This document shows, piece by piece, positions 1 through 8,352 of a stretch of DNA of 64,000 bases. Under the pieces are notes generated by a model. That model had not been told where the DNA came from and did not search any database. It saw only the letters and a list, made by a program, of their open reading frames with translations. Positions within the stretch are counted from its first letter, which is position 1. Each line of letters begins with the position of its first letter. A program made the translations under genes and the position numbers. This DNA comes from an uncultured Roseivirgaceae bacterium (GTDB lineage Bacteria; Bacteroidota; Bacteroidia; Cytophagales; Cyclobacteriaceae): assembly GCA_964591785.1 (NCBI GenBank), contig CAZQDI010000002.1, positions 443-64,442 on the forward strand, in the 5' to 3' direction.

Positions 1-125
1 TCTGGGTCTTAAAGAATATTTGATAGGCTCCATGAATATCATGATAAAGTTGGGGTGGTAAAAGCACTAAAGATTTTACCGAAGAAGAAAAAAAGCAGTA
101 TGGGCCAAAAAATGATGATCAGTAA
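1..125 (+). pseudogene. 3' end of an upstream tandem paralog of the 197..874 gene, apparently frameshifted near its end
   Basis: nt 2-125 align with about nt 742-874 of the next gene. Frame 2 reads ...LGLKEYLIGSMNIMIKLGW and stops at 59-61. The homologous tail (WGGKSTKDFTEEEKKQYGPKNDDQ, compare WDGKSIKDFTEEEKEKYLPKEEGQKE) continues in frame 3 to a stop at 123-125. There is one extra nt around 41-50 relative to the downstream copy. Confidence 0.4.
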
Positions 126-196
126 ATAGGGAGTCTTCAGCTTTTCTATTTCTGCTTATTTTCGAATCTGCATCCGCTACTAATAGGTTTACAACG

Positions 197-874
197 ATGA
201 AAAATCGATATTTCGAATTACTCTTATTTGGTTTCTGCTTTATAAGCTGCACTACCCTCAATGCTCAATTCATCACTGATAGTGTTAGTGTAGAAAGTAT
301 ACTAGATGAGGATTTCGCAAGCACACCGATTACAGAGGACGACAAGGGAGAACTTTGCAGTCTTGCCTATCAAGGTGGGCCCTATTATGATGGACTTCCA
401 GCAATACTGGACCTTATTTTGCTAATTGAGAGTATAGAAATAGAAGACTACAAAGCTCTGTCTACTACTGAACGAAACGTAATGTTCAAAAAACTTTGGG
501 AAGAGAAATACTGCCAAGTATACTGCAATCAAAACAAACCTGTTATCGGTCCACTGGATGCCATTGGTCTTTATGAGGCTAACGATGGTTGGGTGCTGAG
601 TCTTTATAACCCTCAGGTCATAGCGGCGGACCCCAATATTGTTCGTTTGCTTAATGCTCAAGATCCGACCATAACAAGATATGGCACTATAGTAGATTAC
701 TTGTTCAACACGGCTAATAGTAACAGTTACAGCATGCGAAATGGTCTTAGCCATAGAAATGACATATTAGGCTACATGAACGTCATTAAAAGCTGGGATG
801 GTAAAAGCATTAAAGATTTTACCGAAGAAGAAAAAGAAAAATACCTACCAAAAGAAGAAGGCCAAAAAGAATGA
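197..874 (+). CDS. hypothetical secreted protein (tandem-paralog family)
   Basis: ATG ORF of 225 aa with signal peptide MKNRYFELLLFGFCFISCTTLNAQ. I recognise no family motif. Its stop overlaps the next start (ATGA at 871-874). Confidence 0.7.
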   Translation: MKNRYFELLLFGFCFISCTTLNAQFITDSVSVESILDEDFASTPITEDDKGELCSLAYQGGPYYDGLPAILDLILLIESIEIEDYKALSTTERNVMFKKLWEEKYCQVYCNQNKPVIGPLDAIGLYEANDGWVLSLYNPQVIAADPNIVRLLNAQDPTITRYGTIVDYLFNTANSNSYSMRNGLSHRNDILGYMNVIKSWDGKSIKDFTEEEKEKYLPKEEGQKE

Positions 875-1926
875 GATTCGCCTACATTTTACTGGCTCTC
901 TTAGTAAATCACAGTCTTTATTCGCAAGAAGATGATTTCTACTTTAATCTTGACATTGAAAGGCTCAAAGACCATTTACGCTTAAAAGAATCGACGTTTA
1001 GGCAATTGGGACATCTTGATAGTTTGCTCATCAACAGGTTTCGATTGGAGAATCAGGTAATGAAGCACCTATTTGATGAGATTGCCGTGGTCCCGGAATT
1101 GCTCGAGGTTGGGTATTTCTCCGGACTGGAAGAACTCTGCTACAATCGTCAAGCTTCGCTGTGTGACGAATGGAAGAAAGATGAAGTCTACCTTGGTTCA
1201 GTTTCTCCATTTGATTATCAAATATCCGACAGTGAGCACCTCTCAAACGCCTCCTTTTATCATGATCAAGGATATCCCCTAGATGAATCGTGGGAGTACT
1301 ACATGCTATCAAAGAAGAAGTTCACAAAACAATCTTTCCAAGAGGCACTTCTCTTTGTAAATAAGGCCATTTCAATAGTAGAATCAATCCCAGAAATTGA
1401 GAAATTGTTGAACAACACTATTTCTCTAGAGGCGCAAATAACCAGTCAATACTACTTCTATAAAGGTTTTATTCTAAGGAAGATGAATAAAGGTAAATCG
1501 AATTCCTTCTTTAGAAAGTCACTAGAATTGAGAAACTATGGTACCGAAGCCAGGTATTGCGATTTTATACTAGGAGGTGCAAAAAATGCTCCTTGGAATG
1601 GAGAAAAGTGGATGAATGCAATGGCTACTGCCTCAATAGGAGAAAATATTAATAGATTTTTATTAAGTGAAGACCAAGACCAGGCATTGCTAGTCTGCAA
1701 AGAAACATTTGAACTTAGGTCAAGGAATATTAAGAGTGTTCTTGCATTTAAAAACTTATATCCACTAGAATCCCAGAAGGACTACCATGCAGCTCTTGGT
1801 TACACATACTATAGAATTAGGATGGATGTAGGTTGTTACTTTCCCGAGTTCGTAGAGTCAGAAGAGTTCCAGGAATTAGCGAAATCGTACAGCGTGACAA
1901 AATCTAATTATCCGGTTGTTTTTTAG
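871..1926 (+). CDS. hypothetical secreted protein, helical-repeat-like
   Basis: 351-aa ORF with signal peptide MRFAYILLALLVNHSLYSQ, translationally coupled to the 197..874 gene. No recognisable catalytic motif. Confidence 0.7.
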   Translation: MRFAYILLALLVNHSLYSQEDDFYFNLDIERLKDHLRLKESTFRQLGHLDSLLINRFRLENQVMKHLFDEIAVVPELLEVGYFSGLEELCYNRQASLCDEWKKDEVYLGSVSPFDYQISDSEHLSNASFYHDQGYPLDESWEYYMLSKKKFTKQSFQEALLFVNKAISIVESIPEIEKLLNNTISLEAQITSQYYFYKGFILRKMNKGKSNSFFRKSLELRNYGTEARYCDFILGGAKNAPWNGEKWMNAMATASIGENINRFLLSEDQDQALLVCKETFELRSRNIKSVLAFKNLYPLESQKDYHAALGYTYYRIRMDVGCYFPEFVESEEFQELAKSYSVTKSNYPVVF

Positions 1927-2228
1927 AGCTAAGTACTCCAAACTCTTACTACTCTAGTTTTTGATTTATCCGAATATGTTTGTGGCATTTCTATTAATAG
2001 CCGTTTGATCTGCGCGAATCGGTCAGGGAACGGCCGGGAGGTGGACAGCATCGCCTGCCGATCGTGCGCTGGCCGATCGCTTGGGCCATAGCATGATCTA
2101 AAAGAAAAGAAAGTTCATTAATACACGCTTCATCATCGAGGCAATCACTGCAGCGATGACTGCGGCGATGGCGCAGCAACGCCAACCCCCTATTTTTTCA
2201 AACTTCCCACCTGGACATAGACGAAATT

Positions 2229-2822
2229 CTACTTCACATGATCGATGAACTCCACCTCCCACGTTCCTTGTGAGTGCTGAAGGATTCCCACTCTTTTCCC
2301 TTCTACTTGTGAAGATCCATCCTTGCCGATTCCGTCATAGATCAACGTAATCAAAATTCGATCGGACTTAACCAGGCAATAAACGGCTATTGCGTCATTA
2401 AGCTGTATTCGTTGATCAGCAATAAAACGATGGAAACTATTACTCACCCCCTTTCTTTCAAGCAATTTCTGATAACCGGCATTGGTAGCTTTTTCTCCTT
2501 CGATCATTAAGAGCTCCCTCCCATCATGCAATTTTCCATGACCTGTTCCGCCTGCTTCGAAAGTCATCATGAATGATTGACCCTCAAATGCACCGGTCAG
2601 TACATTTCCCTCAAGTTTGCCGCATAAGGTCTTTCTTTCTGGAAATGCGATATGAATTGAAAGATGACCATTCGAAAATTCCGCGTCAATGATTTGACCA
2701 CAATCATTGCCAATGATGAATCCGTACTTGTTCAGTCCATAGGTCTGAGAATAGACGTTCGACTTTACTGCCACCATACAGCAGAGTAAGAACATCATCA
2801 CCTCTCTAGACCTTAGATGCAT
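2229..2822 (-). CDS. hypothetical secreted protein
   Basis: 197-aa ORF whose N-terminus MHLRSREVMMFLLCCMVAVKSNVYSQ looks like a signal peptide. An alternative ATG at 2798 would remove the 17-nt overlap with the upstream gene. It is the last gene of a co-directional string starting at 4972. Confidence 0.65.
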   Translation of the reverse strand: MHLRSREVMMFLLCCMVAVKSNVYSQTYGLNKYGFIIGNDCGQIIDAEFSNGHLSIHIAFPERKTLCGKLEGNVLTGAFEGQSFMMTFEAGGTGHGKLHDGRELLMIEGEKATNAGYQKLLERKGVSNSFHRFIADQRIQLNDAIAVYCLVKSDRILITLIYDGIGKDGSSQVEGKRVGILQHSQGTWEVEFIDHVK

Positions 2823-3180
2823 TCTTAATTGGGTCTAATCGAAAGCTCACTTCAGCCGGATTGAAAGCAATCATGTCGTCAAGTTCATCGCTTCCATGCA
2901 ACAGCCCCTTATACAACCAGCCAACTTCTTCAATTTCAATTCGATATGGATACTTTACGGATAGGCGAAGTGATGAGACACGGCTTTCATTCTTTGGATT
3001 TCCCGAAGGCCGTATAAAATCCTGAACTACGTTCCTCTTAGGTACCATATATCTAAGATTTAGTGTGGCGTTTGTCTTTTCGTTGAGGCACCAGACGTCC
3101 TCGGAATCAGCCAATTTTACATGCTCCACAAAAACCTGAAGCCTCTGATGCAGCCGAGAAACAAGACAGGATTTTATCAT
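2806..3180 (-). CDS. hypothetical protein (cytoplasmic, no recognised domain)
   Basis: 124-aa ORF lying 4 nt downstream of the SRPBCC gene at 3185 and overlapping or abutting the next gene. Confidence 0.6.
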   Translation of the reverse strand: MIKSCLVSRLHQRLQVFVEHVKLADSEDVWCLNEKTNATLNLRYMVPKRNVVQDFIRPSGNPKNESRVSSLRLSVKYPYRIEIEEVGWLYKGLLHGSDELDDMIAFNPAEVSFRLDPIKNASKV

Positions 3181-3184
3181 ACGA

Positions 3185-3778
3185 TCACTGCTTAGCCTTT
3201 TGCCCCCAATACCTGGACATGATAGAAGATATGTTATCAGGGGTGGCGGACGTCCCAGTTAGGACGAGGTTCTTTAATCCGGCAAGATTTTGATTAATCC
3301 CCTCCTGAAAGTTCTTTTGAGCCGGTCCATTCATAAAGAAGTATTTCATTCGGAAATCAGCCTTTTCAACAACCCTGGTTCCTCCCTCGACTTCATAGAG
3401 CTCCCAGGTTCCAACCGCAGCATCAATGGGCAAATCACCTGCTGTCACCTCGAACGCCAGCACTTGATTGTCCACATCGAACTGGGTTATTTGCTCAGTG
3501 ACATAGCCTTCCGGATAGAGCTCACAGTTTCGCTCCGCCCCTACTACGGACTGAAAATGACCGTTGGCATAGTAGGACCTTTTTACGCCTGCCGAATAGT
3601 CCTGAATCTTGTCAAAATCCGTCGCTATATAAGTCCAAACGTCCGCTGCTGGTCTTGGGATCAATATTTCACCTTCGATATGAATTAATGATTGATTGGA
3701 TCTGTATTGAGCAATAAACCCAATGAAAACCAGCAAGGCAAGCGTAGCAATCAACCCAAGTGCTATTCTTTTTTTCAT
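3185..3778 (-). CDS. SRPBCC (START/Bet v1/polyketide-cyclase-like) family protein with N-terminal membrane anchor
   Basis: MKKRIALGLIATLALLVFIGFI anchor followed by an SRPBCC-like pattern (IPRPAADVWTYIATDFDKIQDYSAGVKRS...GTWELYEVEGGTRVVEKADF). Confidence 0.7.
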   Translation of the reverse strand: MKKRIALGLIATLALLVFIGFIAQYRSNQSLIHIEGEILIPRPAADVWTYIATDFDKIQDYSAGVKRSYYANGHFQSVVGAERNCELYPEGYVTEQITQFDVDNQVLAFEVTAGDLPIDAAVGTWELYEVEGGTRVVEKADFRMKYFFMNGPAQKNFQEGINQNLAGLKNLVLTGTSATPDNISSIMSRYWGQKAKQ

Positions 3779-3796
3779 AAATGATCTTTGAATGCA

Positions 3797-3833
3797 TTAG
3801 AAAATAAGTGTGGCAGCAACTACCACCACACTT
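3797..3833 (-). terminator. intra-operon hairpin / weak rho-independent terminator
   Basis: 8-bp perfect stem AAGTGTGG (3806-3813) / CCACACTT (3826-3833) with a 12-nt loop. On the minus strand it is followed by ATTTTCT. It sits between the two SRPBCC genes. Confidence 0.35.
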
Positions 3834-3845
3834 TTCTACGCTACC

Positions 3846-4361
3846 TCACATTTTGGCCTCAGCCACCACATTTCCAACAAACTCATTAAGCGAGGAGTCG
3901 ATGAAACCCATGAACTGCTCAAACGTCATTTGAGGGTTTTCTATAAACTCATCGTAGTTTGTGGTCCATACCACCATTGATTTCATATACCCAAGGTCCA
4001 CGACTTTCCAGGAGTTGACCATTCCCTTTACCGGAACACCTTCTACGACGGAGTAGCTGAAGGTTCTATTGGTATCATCATACGCCACAATGTTTTCTTT
4101 GAAATAGCCCTTTCCATCAGGGGCAAAACACTTCCTGGAACCACCGACACCCATATTTCCGGACCATTCCACGCGTGCCACATTCTGCGTGTATTTGTCA
4201 ATCTGATCCATTTTTCTCAGTACGGACCATACATTATCTGCTGATGCGTCAACTACTTTGGTATATGTTTTCTTTGCGCCAGCATCCTGTGCATAAGTTG
4301 TGCTGACACTTCCAGTGACCATGACAGCAACGAGCAGTAAGATTAAATTTCTAATTTTCAT
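3846..4361 (-). CDS. secreted SRPBCC family protein
   Basis: Signal peptide MKIRNLILLLVAVMVTGSVSTTYAQ followed by an SRPBCC-like pattern (VDASADNVWSVLRKMDQIDKYTQNVARVEW...SWKVVDLGYMKSMVVWTTNY). Confidence 0.7.
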   Translation of the reverse strand: MKIRNLILLLVAVMVTGSVSTTYAQDAGAKKTYTKVVDASADNVWSVLRKMDQIDKYTQNVARVEWSGNMGVGGSRKCFAPDGKGYFKENIVAYDDTNRTFSYSVVEGVPVKGMVNSWKVVDLGYMKSMVVWTTNYDEFIENPQMTFEQFMGFIDSSLNEFVGNVVAEAKM

Positions 4362-4387
4362 TCTGTTTAGTATTTATTGTTCAATTA

Positions 4388-4972
4388 TTAGTTTAAAACA
4401 TCCTCAAAAAGGCCTTCAGAAAGTGGAGCGAATGGCGCATCCACTTCTGTCATGGCCAGTTGATTGGTCAGGTTTGACATGACTTTGACGCCGATATTGG
4501 TGACTACTTCTACCGCTTGTGCTTTTGTATACCCTTCTGCTAAAAAGCGTTCCAAGACCTGATCGGAAATACGGCCTTTGTTCCTGTACACTTCAAGTGT
4601 GAAAGATCGAAGTACATCAAACTTTGAAGACGGAATGGTCCCTTCATTCCTAATCGCCATAAGATCCTCTTCTTCCGACCCAAAAAACTGTTTCCCAGCC
4701 ATTTGATGTCCTGAGGTGCAGTATTGGCATCTGTTTTCCACTGCGATAGACATCTGAATAATGTTGTGCTCCGTAGGGCTCAAGAGCCCGTGAGTAGATA
4801 ACTCCTGCTGCGTGAGCCAATAGGCCCTCAGTGCTGCCGGAGATGCACTCAGTACTTTCGAAAGATTGGGCACAAAGCCAAAATTCTCCTTGTACCAATC
4901 AAATACTTCCTGGACTGCCGCTGGTTCATTTCCCACCTCATCCATTTTAAATCCTCTAAGTGTTTCTTTCAT
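4388..4972 (-). CDS. carboxymuconolactone decarboxylase (AhpD-like) family protein
   Basis: 194 aa with the AhpD-core CxxC motif in context (VENRCQYCTSGHQMAG). Confidence 0.8.
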   Translation of the reverse strand: MKETLRGFKMDEVGNEPAAVQEVFDWYKENFGFVPNLSKVLSASPAALRAYWLTQQELSTHGLLSPTEHNIIQMSIAVENRCQYCTSGHQMAGKQFFGSEEEDLMAIRNEGTIPSSKFDVLRSFTLEVYRNKGRISDQVLERFLAEGYTKAQAVEVVTNIGVKVMSNLTNQLAMTEVDAPFAPLSEGLFEDVLN

Positions 4973-5040
4973 TTTGAATGTAAAATTTGATTCGTTGTGC
5001 AGGTTGGATGCATGGGAAACTTCGGTGTTACAGCTACGGC

Positions 5041-5075
5041 ATAAAAAAGCCGCACATCAGGAAATGTGCGGCTTT
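5041..5075 (-). terminator. rho-independent terminator after the ECF sigma gene
   Basis: 11-bp perfect stem AAGCCGCACAT (5047-5057) / ATGTGCGGCTT (5064-5074) with a 6-nt loop. The A-run at 5043-5048 on the plus strand gives a U-tract on the minus-strand transcript. It lies 38 nt downstream of the sigma stop codon. Confidence 0.65.
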
Positions 5076-5112
5076 GACTACTTATTCAATCAACGTAGTT
5101 TTCTTCTACAGT

Positions 5113-5982
5113 CTATTGAAAATAGTGCATCAGGTTTTCATCATTAAGAATCTCTTCAATGACAGTGTCTGCATCAAATTGATCTCTTGCAGGATGATTA
5201 CGGAAAAAATTTGAGTGCTTTTCGTAAACAGCTTCGGACGAAGCTTTGTAGTTTTCAGAAGCAAAATCAAGCATTTTTGCCTTATAACCCACATTGAAGG
5301 TCTTTTTATCTTCAGTAAGAAGCCCTTTTTTATGGAAATACTTGCTCTTCTTAGCACATCGGCACGGGTTGTCAGGGTTAATCAAACCGCATTTATTGTC
5401 CATGAAATTGCACAGTTCTTTCCGGGTACGATGAAGCTTTACTCTGAAGTTTTCCTTGGAAATATTGAATATCTCCGCACCAATGTGATGATCAATGCCA
5501 AACGTATCGCCAATAATAAACAGGAGCCTCTGCTCCCTGGTCAAGCACATGAGCATCCCCGATAGGCACCTGAATTGGACTTCTTCCGTAAGCTCTCGAA
5601 GTTCTATTTCTTCTTCAACAGTCAGATCCTCTCCCGGAACTGCATCCAGCCTGTTGCCATGATCTTCCAAAGTGGTAAACTGATTCTCACCTTTTCGTCT
5701 TTTCGCCATCAAAAACTCGTTTACCACAATCCGATATAGCCAGGTTCGAAATTGGCTCTCAAAGTTGAACTGTGAAAGTTTGGTGATCACCTTTATTAAC
5801 ACTTCCTGCGTTAGGTCCAGCGCATCATCCGGTTCCCAGGACATTTTCCAGGCGACATTATAGATGAACGGTTGGTGCAATCTGACGAGCTGATCCAGTG
5901 CCTTACGATCTCCACTCAGGGACTGACGCACCAACTCTCTGTTTTCTTCTTCTGAATATCTTTCTGTCAAGGGGTTATGCAT
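5113..5982 (-). CDS. ECF-type RNA polymerase sigma-70 factor with ~99-aa C-terminal Cys-containing extension
   Basis: Region 2 (DLTQEVLIKVITKL...FRTWLYRIVVNEF) and region 4 HTH (LTREQRLLFIIGDTFGIDHHIGAEIFNISKENFRVKLHRTRKEL). These are followed by C-x6-C-x8-C-x-C (CNFMDNKCGLINPDNPCRC) and about 80 more residues. Confidence 0.85.
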   Translation of the reverse strand: MHNPLTERYSEEENRELVRQSLSGDRKALDQLVRLHQPFIYNVAWKMSWEPDDALDLTQEVLIKVITKLSQFNFESQFRTWLYRIVVNEFLMAKRRKGENQFTTLEDHGNRLDAVPGEDLTVEEEIELRELTEEVQFRCLSGMLMCLTREQRLLFIIGDTFGIDHHIGAEIFNISKENFRVKLHRTRKELCNFMDNKCGLINPDNPCRCAKKSKYFHKKGLLTEDKKTFNVGYKAKMLDFASENYKASSEAVYEKHSNFFRNHPARDQFDADTVIEEILNDENLMHYFQ

Positions 5983-6220
5983 ATCACGTATCTTTTGCTC
6001 ATTGGATGCAGCAGATTAGATGGTGTTACAAATAAACGATGAATTGTTCCGGGACGATTTTCCATTTTTCTAAATCAGCTCCTGTGAGGCCGTCGTGATA
6101 AACGTCCTGAACTGAATTAGAAGAAAAAGTCCAGTGAGCCTATGTTGCTCCTATTTCAATACCGGATCTCCTTTTGACTCGCTGCCTTGCACCCCGCGAT
6201 AAATCAGGCGTTCTGACCCC

Positions 6221-8308
6221 CTATCTCCTCACCAATTTCCTGGTGACGATGGCATCCCTAAATTGGATTTCAACAAGATAAACGCCGGATGGCAAATCAC
6301 CCACGGCGACTGACGAAGAACGCACAGATTTAATCACCCTTCCGGATAGGTCTTTGACGACCGATCGCACGATCGGTTGGGAGGATTTGATTTCAAAGTG
6401 ATCGCCGGACGGATTCGGAAACAATGACACGACTGCCTTCTCTGGAGCTGAAAGTAGTTGCTCGACGGCAAAGACCAACGTGTCCGACTGGCTGCAGCCG
6501 GTCACCTTGTGCGTGACCAAAACCGAGGCCACCACATCTTCGAAAGTTTGCTCAAACCGGACCGTTACCTCATTGGAATTCGTGAGATTTTGAGGATCCT
6601 TAATGCGTTGTATAAACCATTCGTAATGGTACGACTCGTCGTAGATCGTGCTAAACACCATGTCCTCATCCTTCAAAATCAGTGCAGGTGCCGTGATGGA
6701 TACTTCCGGCAAATCATATAAGATGAGATCCGTTTCATTGGAGACTTGATCTTCGTTACTAACCACCAGCTTTTTCTCCGCAACCGCACAGCTGGATTCA
6801 GCATTAATCAGGATCGTGTAGGTTCCTGCTTCCGTGATCTTAATTTCGTTAACGTTGCCTGCCTCAAAAAGCTGTCCATCTTTATACCAGTCGACCGAAA
6901 TGGCATAGTCATCGGTAAGCGTGATCGGTATCGAGTCTTGTCGACAGGCAATTTCAGGGTACTGGACCGTGAATGCATCATCCGGTGGGCAGAGGTCTTC
7001 TGCCGTATCGAGCAAACGAGCTACAAAGAAGTCATCGTCATTATTCCCACTGTTATTGAAAATCAGTTGATCATCAGCTGAGAGTTGAGCACTGTTGTAT
7101 TCCCCTGTCACAAAAATTGACTGATCACGAACGGAGATGCTCATTCCATCATCTGTTGCACTTCCAGCCAGGGAGGTCCCCCATTGCAAATAACCAACCT
7201 CGTTGAATTTAAGAATGGCAACATCTCTCCCTTCGGCTGCCAACGACCAGTGATCGATTTGCTCGGATTCGAATCCGGCGGTTAGATAGATATCCAGGTC
7301 TTCAACAGCAATCCCAATCTCATCCACATTTAGCTGATCAAACGCTCTGGCAAACAGCTCATTTCCATGCTCATCGGTCTTTTGCAGCTTCAATCCGGCG
7401 TATCCATTGATCGTCGTATTCCACGGTTGGAAGGCGAATACAAAATTGTGTTGGCGGTCGACACCGAATTGGTAGTTATTGCCATTTTCAAGTGGCCGAA
7501 CCCACTCGGTCACCCCTTGCAAGTCAAACTTTGCAATGAAACTGTACACCTCAAATGGTCGCTCATAGGAGTACCCATTGACATCAATTACCGACCCGGT
7601 CGAAAAGCCAACGAGCAATACATGGTCATCGACTATCTTCATGTCCTGAATACTTTCGGCGGAGGTGCTTGCCAGTTGAATCCCATGAATAAGGTCTCCA
7701 TCCTCATCTAACTTGAGGACAAGGACATCCTGATCAAATCGTTCTCTCCCGGTTACATTGAACACTTCCTCTCCGATGGTCACGTCAATGTTAAACCTAC
7801 CAGCAACATAAAGGTGATCGTGCTGATCTACCTGTACGGTTCCAGGAAAGAAATTGCCATTGGTTCCTGCCGGTCCAAAGCCTTTTAGCCACATGAACTG
7901 TCCATCCGAAGAAATCTTCATCACGAACGTCTGACTCCATGCATAGCTGAGGTCAGTTCCCTCATAGTTGAGTCGGTCATAGCTCCCTACGACATAAACG
8001 TTGTTTTGCGAATCTACTGCCAGCGAAGTGCCATAGGTGCTGAAATCCCCAAACCGGTGGGACCACCTATAATTCCCGTCTGCATCAAATTTGGCTACGT
8101 ACGCTCCCCAGCTTTGGTAGGTGGTATCTCCAATCATGGTTCCCCCACTTAAATACCCGGTGAAATAAACGTTGCCATCCTGGTCGATCACATTATCATT
8201 GACTCGATCATCGGTCCAGTCACCACTTCCATACATCCAGGTTACTTCCTGAGACAGTAACTTCAAAGAAATTCCAATAAATAGTATGGTAGACGTTAAT
8301 TTTAACAT
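6221..8308 (-). CDS. T9SS-secreted SBBP-type beta-propeller repeat protein
   Basis: Signal peptide MLKLTSTILFIGISLKLLSQ. Repeated D.DGN.Y..G motifs (DQDGNVYFTGY, DADGNYRWSHRFG, DSQNNVYVVGSY, SSDGQFMWLKGFG). The C-terminus LFPNPSGDHFEIKS...GVYLVEIQFRDAIVTRKLVRR is typical of a T9SS type-A sorting domain (about 6224-6450). Confidence 0.85.
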   Translation of the reverse strand: MLKLTSTILFIGISLKLLSQEVTWMYGSGDWTDDRVNDNVIDQDGNVYFTGYLSGGTMIGDTTYQSWGAYVAKFDADGNYRWSHRFGDFSTYGTSLAVDSQNNVYVVGSYDRLNYEGTDLSYAWSQTFVMKISSDGQFMWLKGFGPAGTNGNFFPGTVQVDQHDHLYVAGRFNIDVTIGEEVFNVTGRERFDQDVLVLKLDEDGDLIHGIQLASTSAESIQDMKIVDDHVLLVGFSTGSVIDVNGYSYERPFEVYSFIAKFDLQGVTEWVRPLENGNNYQFGVDRQHNFVFAFQPWNTTINGYAGLKLQKTDEHGNELFARAFDQLNVDEIGIAVEDLDIYLTAGFESEQIDHWSLAAEGRDVAILKFNEVGYLQWGTSLAGSATDDGMSISVRDQSIFVTGEYNSAQLSADDQLIFNNSGNNDDDFFVARLLDTAEDLCPPDDAFTVQYPEIACRQDSIPITLTDDYAISVDWYKDGQLFEAGNVNEIKITEAGTYTILINAESSCAVAEKKLVVSNEDQVSNETDLILYDLPEVSITAPALILKDEDMVFSTIYDESYHYEWFIQRIKDPQNLTNSNEVTVRFEQTFEDVVASVLVTHKVTGCSQSDTLVFAVEQLLSAPEKAVVSLFPNPSGDHFEIKSSQPIVRSVVKDLSGRVIKSVRSSSVAVGDLPSGVYLVEIQFRDAIVTRKLVRR

Positions 8309-8352
8309 CGGATTTGATTCGCATTGATTTAAATCTTCACCGAATTTATTTC

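Noticed and set aside
1994-2185. 63-aa ORF (MALLRHRRSHRCSDC...) as a real small or RiPP-like gene.
   Set aside because: The start codon is TTG. The composition simply mirrors the GC-rich island. There is no hydrophobic core, no leader-like features and no neighbouring maturation genes. I kept it only as part of the GC-island observation.
5024-6050. Shared 8-mer GTAACACC (minus strand; 5024-5031 and 6022-6029) upstream of both the AhpD-like gene and the sigma gene. The latter copy lies 16 nt after a GGAAC (6046-6050), which would make it a possible ECF -35/-10 promoter pair.
   Set aside because: One shared 8-mer between a 140-nt and a 238-nt region is roughly what chance predicts. The AhpD-side copy has no GGAAC-like -35 (GGCTT instead), and GTAAC is not a known ECF -10. 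It is worth a TSS experiment but is not supportable as a feature.
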